IMG/VR virus record: IMGVR_UViG_3300025789_000024
Coordinates: 51,391 to 115,390 of that record
Strand: one strand, 5' to 3'
DNA length: 64,000 bases
Source: a virus
Shown piece by piece: positions 56,334 through 64,000 of this stretch. The notes below the pieces were generated by a model. It had not been told where the DNA came from and ran no database searches. It saw nothing but the letters and a program-made list of their open reading frames with translations. The position numbers and the translations under genes are program-made. Numbering within the stretch: the first letter of the stretch is position 1; every line of letters starts with the position of its first letter.

Positions 56334-58424
56334 ATGGACATCAAAGAACTTCACTCATTCAAATTATCTGATGCGGTTAAATTTCACGACAAACTTAATC
56401 CTAAATTATGGTTTGGTGAAAGACTAGACCCTGCTGTTAGAAAACAATTATTAGTCATTGCCAAGGACTTTATGAGCGAACTTGGCATACATGATTTAGC
56501 AGTTGATGATATCACGGTATCAGGTAGCAATGCCGCATATACATATACTCCTCATAGTGACTTAGACCTACATATCCTAGTAGACATGAGCAAACTAATG
56601 AATAATGATGTATACCAAGAATTGTTTAATGCAAAGAAAACACTATACAATGACAGCCATGATATCAAAATCAAGGGTGTACCCGTAGAATTATATGTAC
56701 AAGATAGCAATGAACCTGTTGTTAGCTTGGGTGAATACAGCGTATTAAACAATCAGTGGATCAAGCGTCCAACTAAACGCAGAGCCAATCTAGATCAAAA
56801 TGCCACACGTGCAAAGTTTGACAAACTAGCAGAAATGGTAAGTCTGGCATTAAAGACACAAGATTTAGAAAAACTTAACAAAGTTATTAAAAATATTAAA
56901 CGTTATCGTCAAGCAGGACTAGACAAAGGTGGTGAGTTTAGCCCCGAAAATCTAGCATATAAAGCATTGCGCAGTCAAGGTCAGATAGACAAACTGTACA
57001 ACTTACGTGACAAATTACATAGTGAGTTATTGAGCATTGATGAAATGTATCGTAATCCTGTTACTATACAAAAAGAAGAACAAGAAAAAACATTTAAGGC
57101 TAGTCAAGTTTGGAACTATGTTAAAAAGATACACCCTGCTGATCAACAAGGTGATGGCTTTTTAAAAAGTTTAGTTATCAATCATCCTAAATGGGAACTT
57201 AAACACGTTCCATTAAATCAAATTCGTATACCTGATCCATATGCAGAAGATGATTTTGAAGATGCATACAATCGTGTGTTGGATATTGACATGTACCATG
57301 TTAATGACATTACATCACATGATATTAACAAAAGGCCTATCGTTATTGATACTGATGGATTTGTCATTGATGGTAATCATAGAGCATTGTCAGCAAGATT
57401 GCGTGGTATGAAAACGATTCCTGCATATGTTCCTGTAGGTAAATTAGAAGAAAAAGTTAACTATGATTTACTAAATGATCCTGAACCAGTTGATCAAACA
57501 GTTGATTGGAACGGTTATAAATTTAGAATTCAAAACACATTGAATGGTGTAGAGGATACCCCCGGTGTAGTTATCAAAGCATATGATCCTAAGAATCTAA
57601 ATCACAGTATAGGTAAAGCAGATTTTGTATTACACAAAGATAAAAAAGGTGCATGGATCGAAAGTAACGACACAGAAGTAGATGATGAATATCAAGGTAA
57701 GGGTATTGCTACTATGATGTATGCAGTTGCTAAAAGCATGGGTTTTGATGTTAGACCTAGTCCTTATCAAAGCAATGCTGGTAGACAAATGTGGAAGAAG
57801 TGGGGTAGTGATGCTAAGAACTTGATGAAAGAAACATTTGATAAACCCTATCCACTAAAATGGGAAAAGAGTGAGTATGGTGATGTTGATGCATTGGCGA
57901 CATTACCAGATGGTGCACCATTGAGTATCATGTTTGAACATACTACTCCATATGAAGTTCATGTGTCTTTCTATAGAAACAATAGTTTAGAAGTCACCGG
58001 GGAAGGTGATTCACAAAGAGTATTTGCAACAGTGCTACATGCTATTCAAGAATTTCTTAAAATGGAACAACCAGCAAATATATCATTTTCAGCAAGTAAA
58101 GAAGTTGAGCCTGGACAAAACAGTGAAAGCCGCGCTAAACTTTACAATAGATTAGTTCAGCGATATGCAAATGCATGGGGATATAAATTCCATAGCTTTG
58201 ATCACGGTGATGAAGTTGTATATGAATTGTCTAGGATCAAGCAAGATGTTAGCGAAGCCTCAGGGTACATCCCAACCTATGCTCAACGAAATGACCCAAG
58301 ATTCGAAAAAGCATTGACAGTAGACGTACATCCTGATACAATGAAAAAGGGTGCTAAAAAGTTCGGCTGGAACATCAGTCGTGCAGGCATTCCACCAACA
58401 GCAAAACCAAACGGTAAAATTTAA
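56334..58424 (+). CDS. Multi-domain protein: nucleotidyltransferase + ParB-like + GNAT acetyltransferase + unknown C-terminal domains
   Basis: Start corrected to the ATG at 56334 (ATAAATA at 56323-56329; the track's start lies in the terminator). GS-x9-DLD (VSGSNAAYTYTPHSDLDLHI) Pol-beta NTase motif; PIVID...VIDGNHR ParB motif; VDDEYQGKGIATMMY acetyl-CoA motif A; TGEGDSQRVFATV domain. Confidence 0.75.
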   Translation: MDIKELHSFKLSDAVKFHDKLNPKLWFGERLDPAVRKQLLVIAKDFMSELGIHDLAVDDITVSGSNAAYTYTPHSDLDLHILVDMSKLMNNDVYQELFNAKKTLYNDSHDIKIKGVPVELYVQDSNEPVVSLGEYSVLNNQWIKRPTKRRANLDQNATRAKFDKLAEMVSLALKTQDLEKLNKVIKNIKRYRQAGLDKGGEFSPENLAYKALRSQGQIDKLYNLRDKLHSELLSIDEMYRNPVTIQKEEQEKTFKASQVWNYVKKIHPADQQGDGFLKSLVINHPKWELKHVPLNQIRIPDPYAEDDFEDAYNRVLDIDMYHVNDITSHDINKRPIVIDTDGFVIDGNHRALSARLRGMKTIPAYVPVGKLEEKVNYDLLNDPEPVDQTVDWNGYKFRIQNTLNGVEDTPGVVIKAYDPKNLNHSIGKADFVLHKDKKGAWIESNDTEVDDEYQGKGIATMMYAVAKSMGFDVRPSPYQSNAGRQMWKKWGSDAKNLMKETFDKPYPLKWEKSEYGDVDALATLPDGAPLSIMFEHTTPYEVHVSFYRNNSLEVTGEGDSQRVFATVLHAIQEFLKMEQPANISFSASKEVEPGQNSESRAKLYNRLVQRYANAWGYKFHSFDHGDEVVYELSRIKQDVSEASGYIPTYAQRNDPRFEKALTVDVHPDTMKKGAKKFGWNISRAGIPPTAKPNGKI

Positions 58425-58425
58425 T

Positions 58426-58465
58426 AAATTTACTTTGGTATTACCCTAAAATTTACTTTGGTATT
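58426..58465. repeat. 17-bp direct repeat (2 copies) in an intergenic gap
   Basis: AAATTTACTTTGGTATT at 58426-58442 and 58449-58465. Confidence 0.8.
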
Positions 58466-58492
58466 TTAGATTTATTATTCATTGGAAAATTA

Positions 58493-59119
58493 ATGAAGCA
58501 CGTGCTAGAAACAGTATATGGACACATCTATAAATGTGTAAATTCTTTACCTAAAGATTTTACGGTATCTGACATTGCATGCCAGTCAGGATGGTTAGGT
58601 ACACATTGTCTAACACAAGGATTTAAATTTGTCAATTTTATTGATGCGCGTCCTGAATCATTCAAACAACCTCCGTCTAATTTTAAGAATTGGGACTTTG
58701 TTCAAATGGATATAAGTCAGTATGACTTATTTCGTAACCAAATCAATGATTTTGACGTATTGCTCTATTGCGGGCATCTATACCACTCAGAAGATCCTTA
58801 TCAAATGCTAAAGACTATTTCTGAAACAAAATGCAAACATTTGATTATAGAATCAAAAACACTGGATATGAATGGCATACATTTAATGGCTCCGCCAAAG
58901 ATAGACTATGAAATAGAGCCTACTCATTTGTCGGGACTTGCATATCATCCAACTAAGTCTGAACTTTTAATTGGTCGTCCAAATTTAAATTGGACAACAA
59001 AGACCTTACAAGAATTAGGATTTAAGATCGAATCGTATGCAACAGGTGTACTAGATAACGTATCATACAGTCAACCAAACAAAGCATTCCCTCATTATTT
59101 TATTCATGCGGTTAGGTAG
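58493..59119 (+). CDS. Class I SAM-dependent methyltransferase-like protein
   Basis: VSDIACQSGWLG motif I variant; FIDAR; FDVLLYCGHLYHSEDP. Confidence 0.65.
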   Translation: MKHVLETVYGHIYKCVNSLPKDFTVSDIACQSGWLGTHCLTQGFKFVNFIDARPESFKQPPSNFKNWDFVQMDISQYDLFRNQINDFDVLLYCGHLYHSEDPYQMLKTISETKCKHLIIESKTLDMNGIHLMAPPKIDYEIEPTHLSGLAYHPTKSELLIGRPNLNWTTKTLQELGFKIESYATGVLDNVSYSQPNKAFPHYFIHAVR

Positions 59120-59131
59120 TTAAAAAAAGGC

Positions 59132-59160
59132 TTGACAATAAATCGGTTTGGGCATACAAT
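59132..59160 (+). promoter_or_regulatory. Early sigma70-type promoter 1
   Basis: TTGACA, 17-nt spacer, TACAAT; A-rich UP region. Confidence 0.85.
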
Positions 59161-59191
59161 ACTTGTATTGAAACTGATTAAAGGACTCAAG

Positions 59192-59464
59192 ATGACTCTC
59201 TCCGATATCACTAGCGCCGTTATCTCTGGTAACTTCACCAATGAGGAACTCAACAAAGTAGCCGATGCTATCAAGTTTGCCCGTGCACAATTGGCTAAGC
59301 AAACCAAGCGTAGCATTAGCATTGGGTCTAGTGTGAAATTTTTCAATTCACGTGACGGTGTCGAAGTTCTAGGTACCGTTTCCAAAATCAATACCAAATA
59401 TGTGATTGTAAAGTCTGGTTTTACGAACTGGCGTGTCCCTGCTAACATGTTGGAAAAGGCTTGA
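59192..59464 (+). CDS. Small early hypothetical protein (90 aa; helix plus SH3-like beta region)
   Basis: Start corrected to the ATG at 59192 (AAGGA SD); the track's TTG at 59132 is the -35 box. Confidence 0.7.
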   Translation: MTLSDITSAVISGNFTNEELNKVADAIKFARAQLAKQTKRSISIGSSVKFFNSRDGVEVLGTVSKINTKYVIVKSGFTNWRVPANMLEKA

Positions 59465-59489
59465 CAATAAATCGGTTTGGGCATATAAT
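59461..59489 (+). promoter_or_regulatory. Early sigma70-type promoter 2
   Basis: Perfect TTGACA, 17-nt spacer, TATAAT; part of a 47-bp repeat of promoter 1. Confidence 0.9.
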
Positions 59490-59519
59490 ACTTGTATTGA
59501 TTGATTAAAGGAGTAAACA

Positions 59520-59720
59520 ATGGTTAAGCAAGAAATCCAAACTGAATTTGTTCAAGCATTGAAACAGTTTTCCCGTAAAAACTATACCATCTACAAAAGC
59601 GACAGTTATTCCGCAGGCTACTATGAAAGCCTTGTAGCAACCATGTTTAGTAGCCTTAGCAAAAAATCTCAAAAAGAATTGCTCAAGGACATCAAAATTG
59701 CATCAGTTAGAGAAGCCTAA
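59520..59720 (+). CDS. Small early hypothetical protein (66 aa)
   Basis: Own promoter and AAGGAG SD. Confidence 0.7.
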   Translation: MVKQEIQTEFVQALKQFSRKNYTIYKSDSYSAGYYESLVATMFSSLSKKSQKELLKDIKIASVREA

Positions 59721-59722
59721 AT

Positions 59723-59751
59723 TTGACAATAAATGGATTTGGGTATATAAT
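59723..59751 (+). promoter_or_regulatory. Early sigma70-type promoter 3
   Basis: TTGACA-ATAAATGGATTTGGGTA-TATAAT (17-nt spacer). Confidence 0.9.
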
Positions 59752-59782
59752 ACACTTATTGATTGATTAAAGGAACATACAA

Positions 59783-60088
59783 ATGGCACTGACTCCCCTG
59801 ACCGAACGTCAAAAAACATTGATTGTTAACAATGTCGTTAAGGCATGTAAAAACATTGACAGCCTCAACAAGACTGGTTACAACTTTATCAATTTGTGTT
59901 CTGGGTTCATTGCTCACTATGACCTTTATGGTTTCATTAGTCACTACTCGGACTATAGTTTGAAACAAGATATCTTGTCGTTTGCAGGTCAAAATCAATG
60001 GAAGAATTTTCGTCCCGGCGAACGTGACTATGACTACATGATGGCTAAGAAAGACGTTTACAATCGTATTCTTGCCCAAATTGCATAA
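59783..60088 (+). CDS. Small early hypothetical protein (101 aa)
   Basis: Own promoter and AAGGA SD; CSGFIAHYD motif. Confidence 0.7.
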   Translation: MALTPLTERQKTLIVNNVVKACKNIDSLNKTGYNFINLCSGFIAHYDLYGFISHYSDYSLKQDILSFAGQNQWKNFRPGERDYDYMMAKKDVYNRILAQIA

Positions 60089-60095
60089 AATAAAT

Positions 60096-60124
60096 TTGAC
60101 AATAAATCCAACCACTGTTATAGT
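60096..60124 (+). promoter_or_regulatory. Early sigma70-type promoter 4
   Basis: TTGACA-ATAAATCCAACCACTGT-TATAGT (17-nt spacer). Confidence 0.8.
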
Positions 60125-60155
60125 ATCAACATCTTAATTTTTCTAAGGAAGTAAA

Positions 60156-61256
60156 ATGGCAGCATCGATCAGCGATAATCTCACAGTCACTAGCGTACAG
60201 GCACGCAAGGCTATTCTTAAGGCGTTCAAAGTCAAACGCCCTGTTTTTCTCTGGGGCCCACCCGGTATTGGTAAGTCTGAGGTTGTCTCAGAAATTACTG
60301 ATGAATTGAATGGTCTTATGATTGACTTGCGCATGGCGCAAATGGAACCTACTGACATTCGAGGTATCCCTTATTTCAACAAAGACAATGGTAAGATGGA
60401 CTGGGCTCCCCCAGTTGACTTGCCAGATGAGGAACTTGCTAGTCAATATCCCATCATTGTTCTTTTCCTTGATGAAATGAATAGTGCGCCCCCAGCTGTT
60501 CAGGCAGCAGGCTATCAATTGATTTTGAATCGCCGTGTTGGTAAGTACAAGTTGCCCGATAACGTTGTTATCGTTGCGGCAGGTAATCGTGAAAGTGACA
60601 AAGGTGTTACTTATCGCATGCCAATGCCCCTCGCTAATCGTTTTGTTCACATTGAAATGCGCCCTGACTTTAGTTCATGGCAAAACTGGGCCGTTAACAA
60701 GAACATCCATCAAGACGTGGTTGGTTACTTGTCGTTTGCTAAACAAGATTTGTATGATTTTGATAGCAAGAGTTCAAGCAAGGCATTTGCTACTCCCCGT
60801 AGCTGGTGTTTTGTTAGTGACTTGTTGGACGATGATGATACCGATACTGACACACTTTACAACTTGGTTGCAGGTGCTGTTGGTGAAGGCTTGGCAGTTA
60901 AGTTCATGGCTCATCGCAAGATTGCAGGTAAGATGCCCGCTCCAGCTGATATCTTGAGTGGCAAGATAACTGACTTGGCAGTTAAAGAAATTAGTGCAAT
61001 GTATTCGTTGACTGTTTCAATGTGCTATGAATTGAAAGATGCCGTTGAAAACAAGAAAGTTGACAAGAAGAAGTTCCACGAAATGGCAAACAACTTTGTC
61101 ACTTACATGATGAACAACTTTGAAACTGAATTGGTTGTTATGGGTGCTAAGATTGCTCTCAAGACTTATGGTCTGCCAATCGAACCTAGTCAACTGAAAA
61201 ACTTTGACGAGTTCCACAAAAAGTATGGCAAGTATATTGTTGATGCAGGTAACTAA
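60156..61256 (+). CDS. MoxR-like AAA+ ATPase
   Basis: Walker A GPPGIGKS; Walker B LFLDE; AAGN sensor; PLANRF arginine finger; TPRSW. Confidence 0.9.
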   Translation: MAASISDNLTVTSVQARKAILKAFKVKRPVFLWGPPGIGKSEVVSEITDELNGLMIDLRMAQMEPTDIRGIPYFNKDNGKMDWAPPVDLPDEELASQYPIIVLFLDEMNSAPPAVQAAGYQLILNRRVGKYKLPDNVVIVAAGNRESDKGVTYRMPMPLANRFVHIEMRPDFSSWQNWAVNKNIHQDVVGYLSFAKQDLYDFDSKSSSKAFATPRSWCFVSDLLDDDDTDTDTLYNLVAGAVGEGLAVKFMAHRKIAGKMPAPADILSGKITDLAVKEISAMYSLTVSMCYELKDAVENKKVDKKKFHEMANNFVTYMMNNFETELVVMGAKIALKTYGLPIEPSQLKNFDEFHKKYGKYIVDAGN

Positions 61257-61271
61257 ACTTAAAGGAAGTAT

Positions 61272-62033
61272 ATGAAATTCGCTACTACATCATTGGCGAC
61301 AGCATTGGCAAGTGCATTGTTGTTATCGGCATGTGCTACTAAGCCCCCGGAAGTTAAGGTTGAGGCCCCGGCCCCGATCAAACTTTCGACACTTGGTAAG
61401 GATGAACAGGTTGCTGAAGAAAAACGGCAACGTGCTATTGAAACACGTAAGGCAGTTATTGTTAATTTGCCTGAATGGTTCTTGAGTCCTCCTAAGTCTG
61501 ATGAAGGCACCTTGTATTCTGTCGGCACTGATAGTAGCGACCGTTTGGGTACTGCACTAGAGAAGGCTATGTTAGCGGCTAAGTTGCAACTAGCAGACCA
61601 AATCAATGGTAAAATCTCTAGCAACACACGACAAATTTTGCGTGATGGTGATGGTAAGAGTAAGTCAGTTACACAATATGACCGTGCTACTACCAACACT
61701 ATTTTGCAAACTGCGGTCAAGCATTATGTTGTACAAGAAAAGAGTGTCCATGTAACTGACAAGGGTTATACTGCATTCATTTTGTTGAAGTATGATATTG
61801 AAGATGGCACTGACAAAGGAACTTCAATTGAAAATTTCACTGCTATGAAAGAGTTGGATCAAAAGGTCAAGTCTAATGCTGAGACTAAATCTCAACCAGT
61901 TAGTTCTATTGAACCTGAAAGCAAAGTATCTACTGTGCAACTTTTGGATGTAGACAATATTGAATACAAACAAAGGCGTGATGCGGCATTACAAAAACCC
62001 GGAGCAGTAGTCGGTCAAGTTACTGTTCGTTAA
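61272..62033 (+). CDS. Putative lipoprotein (LPP20-like)
   Basis: Hydrophobic signal peptide ending in the lipobox LSAC; PEWF..P...YSVG...A..KA...AK.QLA.QI pattern. Confidence 0.65.
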   Translation: MKFATTSLATALASALLLSACATKPPEVKVEAPAPIKLSTLGKDEQVAEEKRQRAIETRKAVIVNLPEWFLSPPKSDEGTLYSVGTDSSDRLGTALEKAMLAAKLQLADQINGKISSNTRQILRDGDGKSKSVTQYDRATTNTILQTAVKHYVVQEKSVHVTDKGYTAFILLKYDIEDGTDKGTSIENFTAMKELDQKVKSNAETKSQPVSSIEPESKVSTVQLLDVDNIEYKQRRDAALQKPGAVVGQVTVR

Positions 62034-62046
62034 TTAGGAGCGCAAC

Positions 62047-62778
62047 ATGCGCAGTCTGACAATTTGTTTATTAATAGGTATGGCTAACATTAGCCATGCT
62101 GAAATGTTTTCAATGGACATTGCGGCCCATTATAAAATGGGCGACAATGAATCTGTGGCTACTGCACGTAAGTTATGTGTGGCAGATGCAAAACGTCAGG
62201 CTGCGGATTACAGCGAATCCTTCGTAGAATCACAACTAACAGTGCAAACTACTGAAGACAATGACGGGCAAGAAGTGTCACGTGCCAGCAAGGAAAGTCG
62301 CACTATCAGTGCCCAACTAGTGTCTGCTAAGTTATTGGAAGAACGATTAGAGACTATGAACAATCGCATGGTATTTTCATGTGTAGTTCAAACTAAATTT
62401 GACCCTGACCAAATCAATAACAAATTGCAAGGTATCATGGATGCGCAACGATTGCAAAAACAAATTGATGCGCAAAATGCACAAATTGCTGAACTTAAAA
62501 AGCAAGTTGCTAAACCAGTTGTTCAACCCCAAACTCCTGTAGTTGCAACAGCTCTGGTCACATATACCCCACCCGTGACATATGCACAACCGGTAACCTA
62601 TAACCCTCCAGTAACCTATGTACAACCTGTTACATATTACACACCTCCCCAACCAGTGAGGTACTATACACAGCCTCAAGTGATATATACTCAACCACAA
62701 ACAGTATATTACAATCAACCAATTTACCAACGTGGTAGGGCTAGTCCACTTAGTAGGGTAATGTCATTCCTTCAATGA
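62047..62778 (+). CDS. Putative exported protein with coiled coil and Pro/Tyr-rich repeat tail
   Basis: AGGAG SD; signal-peptide-like N-terminus; C-terminal PVTYxx repeats. Confidence 0.6.
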   Translation: MRSLTICLLIGMANISHAEMFSMDIAAHYKMGDNESVATARKLCVADAKRQAADYSESFVESQLTVQTTEDNDGQEVSRASKESRTISAQLVSAKLLEERLETMNNRMVFSCVVQTKFDPDQINNKLQGIMDAQRLQKQIDAQNAQIAELKKQVAKPVVQPQTPVVATALVTYTPPVTYAQPVTYNPPVTYVQPVTYYTPPQPVRYYTQPQVIYTQPQTVYYNQPIYQRGRASPLSRVMSFLQ

Positions 62779-62781
62779 AAT

Positions 62782-62810
62782 TTGACATTAATTCCGTTTG
62801 GTGATATAAT
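62782..62810 (+). promoter_or_regulatory. Early sigma70-type promoter 5
   Basis: TTGACA-TTAATTCCGTTTGGTGA-TATAAT (17-nt spacer). Confidence 0.9.
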
Positions 62811-62837
62811 ATACAAATACTAGAAAAAGGATGTTTC

Positions 62838-64000
62838 ATGTCAGAAGTTCTGAACCCAACTAAAAAGCGTAAGCGTAGCGAAAAATTTGAAAATCTTGTG
62901 GGTCCTACTGACCCTAAAATTGATGCTGCCGCACGTGAACGATTGATTACGGCACGTATTGGTTTGCTATTGCGTCATTCATTCTTCGGTAATCTTGCAA
63001 CACGTTTGCAATTGATTAATGCTGATGAATGGTGCTCTACTGCGGCAACTGATGGCTTGAAGTTTTATTACAATTCACGCTTCATTATGATGCTAAAGCC
63101 TAAGGAAGTTGAATTCCTAGTAGGTCATGAAGTATTGCACGTAGTATACGATCACATTGGTCGCCGAGGCAATCGTGACCCTCAAATCTGGAACATTGCC
63201 GATGACTATGCAGTTAACGCAGATTTGAAACGACACAAAGTAGGTGACTTTATCACTACAGTGCCTTGCTTGTATGAAACAAAGTATGATGGCAAGCCTG
63301 CTGAGGAAATCTATGATGACCTCATGAAAAATGTTCAATATATTGATATTGATTCACTAGTTGACAAAATGCTTGACGATCACCTTGATGGTGAAGATGG
63401 CGAAGGTGACGGTGATGGCGAAGACGGTGACGGTGACAAAAAAGGTAAAGGTCGTCCCAAGATGAGTTCTGAGGAACGTGAACGTGTTCGTCAGGAAGTC
63501 AAACAAGCTATTATCAATGCCGCGCAAGGCTCAGAGCCCGGCAGTGTGCCTAAGGGTGTTGAGCGTTTGATTAAACAACAAACTAACCCTATCATGCCCT
63601 GGCGTGAATTGATTCAAACTAACTTGACTAGTGCAATCAAAAGTGACTTTAGCTGGATGCGCCCTAGCCGTCGTAGTTGGCACATGGATGCTATCATGCC
63701 CGGCATGAACCCCGGCGAAGAAATCGATGTGACTGTTTTTATTGACTTGTCAGGTAGTATTTCAAGTGAGCAAGGTAAGGCATTCATTAGTGAAGTGTCA
63801 GGTATGATGCAATCGTTCGATGGTTACAAAATCAATATCGCATGTTTCGATACTGAAGTTTATAACTACCAAACATACACTAGCGAAACACTAGAAGATA
63901 TTGGTGAATATCAATTGGTAGGTGGCGGTGGTACTGACTTTGATAGTATCTTTCGTTATTTGAAAGATAATGCATTGAACCCAAATCGATTGATTGTGTT
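62838..64000 (+). CDS. Metallopeptidase-like (HExxH) + VWA domain protein (DUF2201-type), 3'-truncated; not in ORF track
   Basis: Manual translation MSEVLNPTKKRK...TAATDG...GHEVLHVVYDH...WNIADDYAVN...FIDLSGSI (MIDAS DxSxS)...GGGGTDF; still in frame at the window end. Typical partner of a MoxR ATPase. Confidence 0.85.
   Translation, partial: MSEVLNPTKKRKRSEKFENLVGPTDPKIDAAARERLITARIGLLLRHSFFGNLATRLQLINADEWCSTAATDGLKFYYNSRFIMMLKPKEVEFLVGHEVLHVVYDHIGRRGNRDPQIWNIADDYAVNADLKRHKVGDFITTVPCLYETKYDGKPAEEIYDDLMKNVQYIDIDSLVDKMLDDHLDGEDGEGDGDGEDGDGDKKGKGRPKMSSEERERVRQEVKQAIINAAQGSEPGSVPKGVERLIKQQTNPIMPWRELIQTNLTSAIKSDFSWMRPSRRSWHMDAIMPGMNPGEEIDVTVFIDLSGSISSEQGKAFISEVSGMMQSFDGYKINIACFDTEVYNYQTYTSETLEDIGEYQLVGGGGTDFDSIFRYLKDNALNPNRLIV

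Noticed and set aside
56316-59191. ORF-track starts at 56316 and 59132
   Set aside because: The first lies in the terminator T-tract and the second is the -35 box; ATGs at 56334 and 59192 fit the promoter/SD context.
59125-59500. Mini-CRISPR or transposon ends from the 47-bp direct repeat
   Set aside because: Both copies are sigma70 promoters flanking an ordinary gene; no transposase is present.
350-63338. Minus-strand and alternate-frame ORFs of 60-153 aa in the ORF track
   Set aside because: They lie within or across longer motif-bearing + strand genes and show no recognisable motifs; they are best explained as shadow ORFs.
63385-63452. Asp/Gly/Glu low-complexity repeat (DGEDGEGDGDGEDGDGD)
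   Set aside because: An ordinary acidic linker between the metallopeptidase-like and VWA domains of this family.
1-64000. Alternative genetic code or stop-codon reassignment, as in some large phages
   Set aside because: The standard code gives very high coding density, and TAA, TGA and TAG all end genes at sensible boundaries.
1-64000. Bacterial chromosome O-antigen/capsule locus or eukaryotic giant virus
   Set aside because: No wzx/wzy/ABC export or housekeeping genes are seen. Tail genes, T4-late-like motifs, SD sites, sigma70 promoters and a tmRNA point to a bacteriophage.

Overview
The window reads as part of a large (jumbo-type), AT-rich tailed bacteriophage genome. Every credible gene lies on the + strand, in the standard genetic code, with Shine-Dalgarno sites and many ATGA/TAATG overlaps. 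(1) 1-22.5 kb is a virion module: a 5'-truncated giant (>6360 aa) Thr/Ser-rich baseplate/fibre-like protein with FG-GAP, Asp-box and nested repeats, followed by smaller tail proteins. (2) 22.5-55.5 kb is a ~33 kb tailoring cluster: GT-A-like proteins, five non-cobalamin radical SAM enzymes (four with an N-terminal twitch domain), two cobalamin-dependent radical SAM enzymes, a GDP-mannose 3,5-epimerase-like enzyme, an NDP-sugar dehydrogenase, a short DegT-like aminotransferase, a carbamoyltransferase, four SGNH-like proteins, four 'TEK'-motif putative glycosyltransferases and a 2171-aa tandem-repeat protein. (3) 55.7-58.4 kb holds the most striking feature: a circularly permuted two-piece tmRNA (tag ANDSLYAIAA) whose 342-nt intervening segment is closed by an extension of the acceptor helix and contains its own promoter and a 101-aa Cys-His-Asp ORF. 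A multi-domain NTase/ParB/GNAT protein follows. (4) 59-64 kb is an early region of small genes behind repeated near-consensus sigma70 promoters, with a MoxR-type AAA+ ATPase and a metallopeptidase-VWA partner. A T4-late-like (N)TAAATA motif precedes many genes in regions 1-3. All protein calls come from motif recognition by eye; no database search was run.
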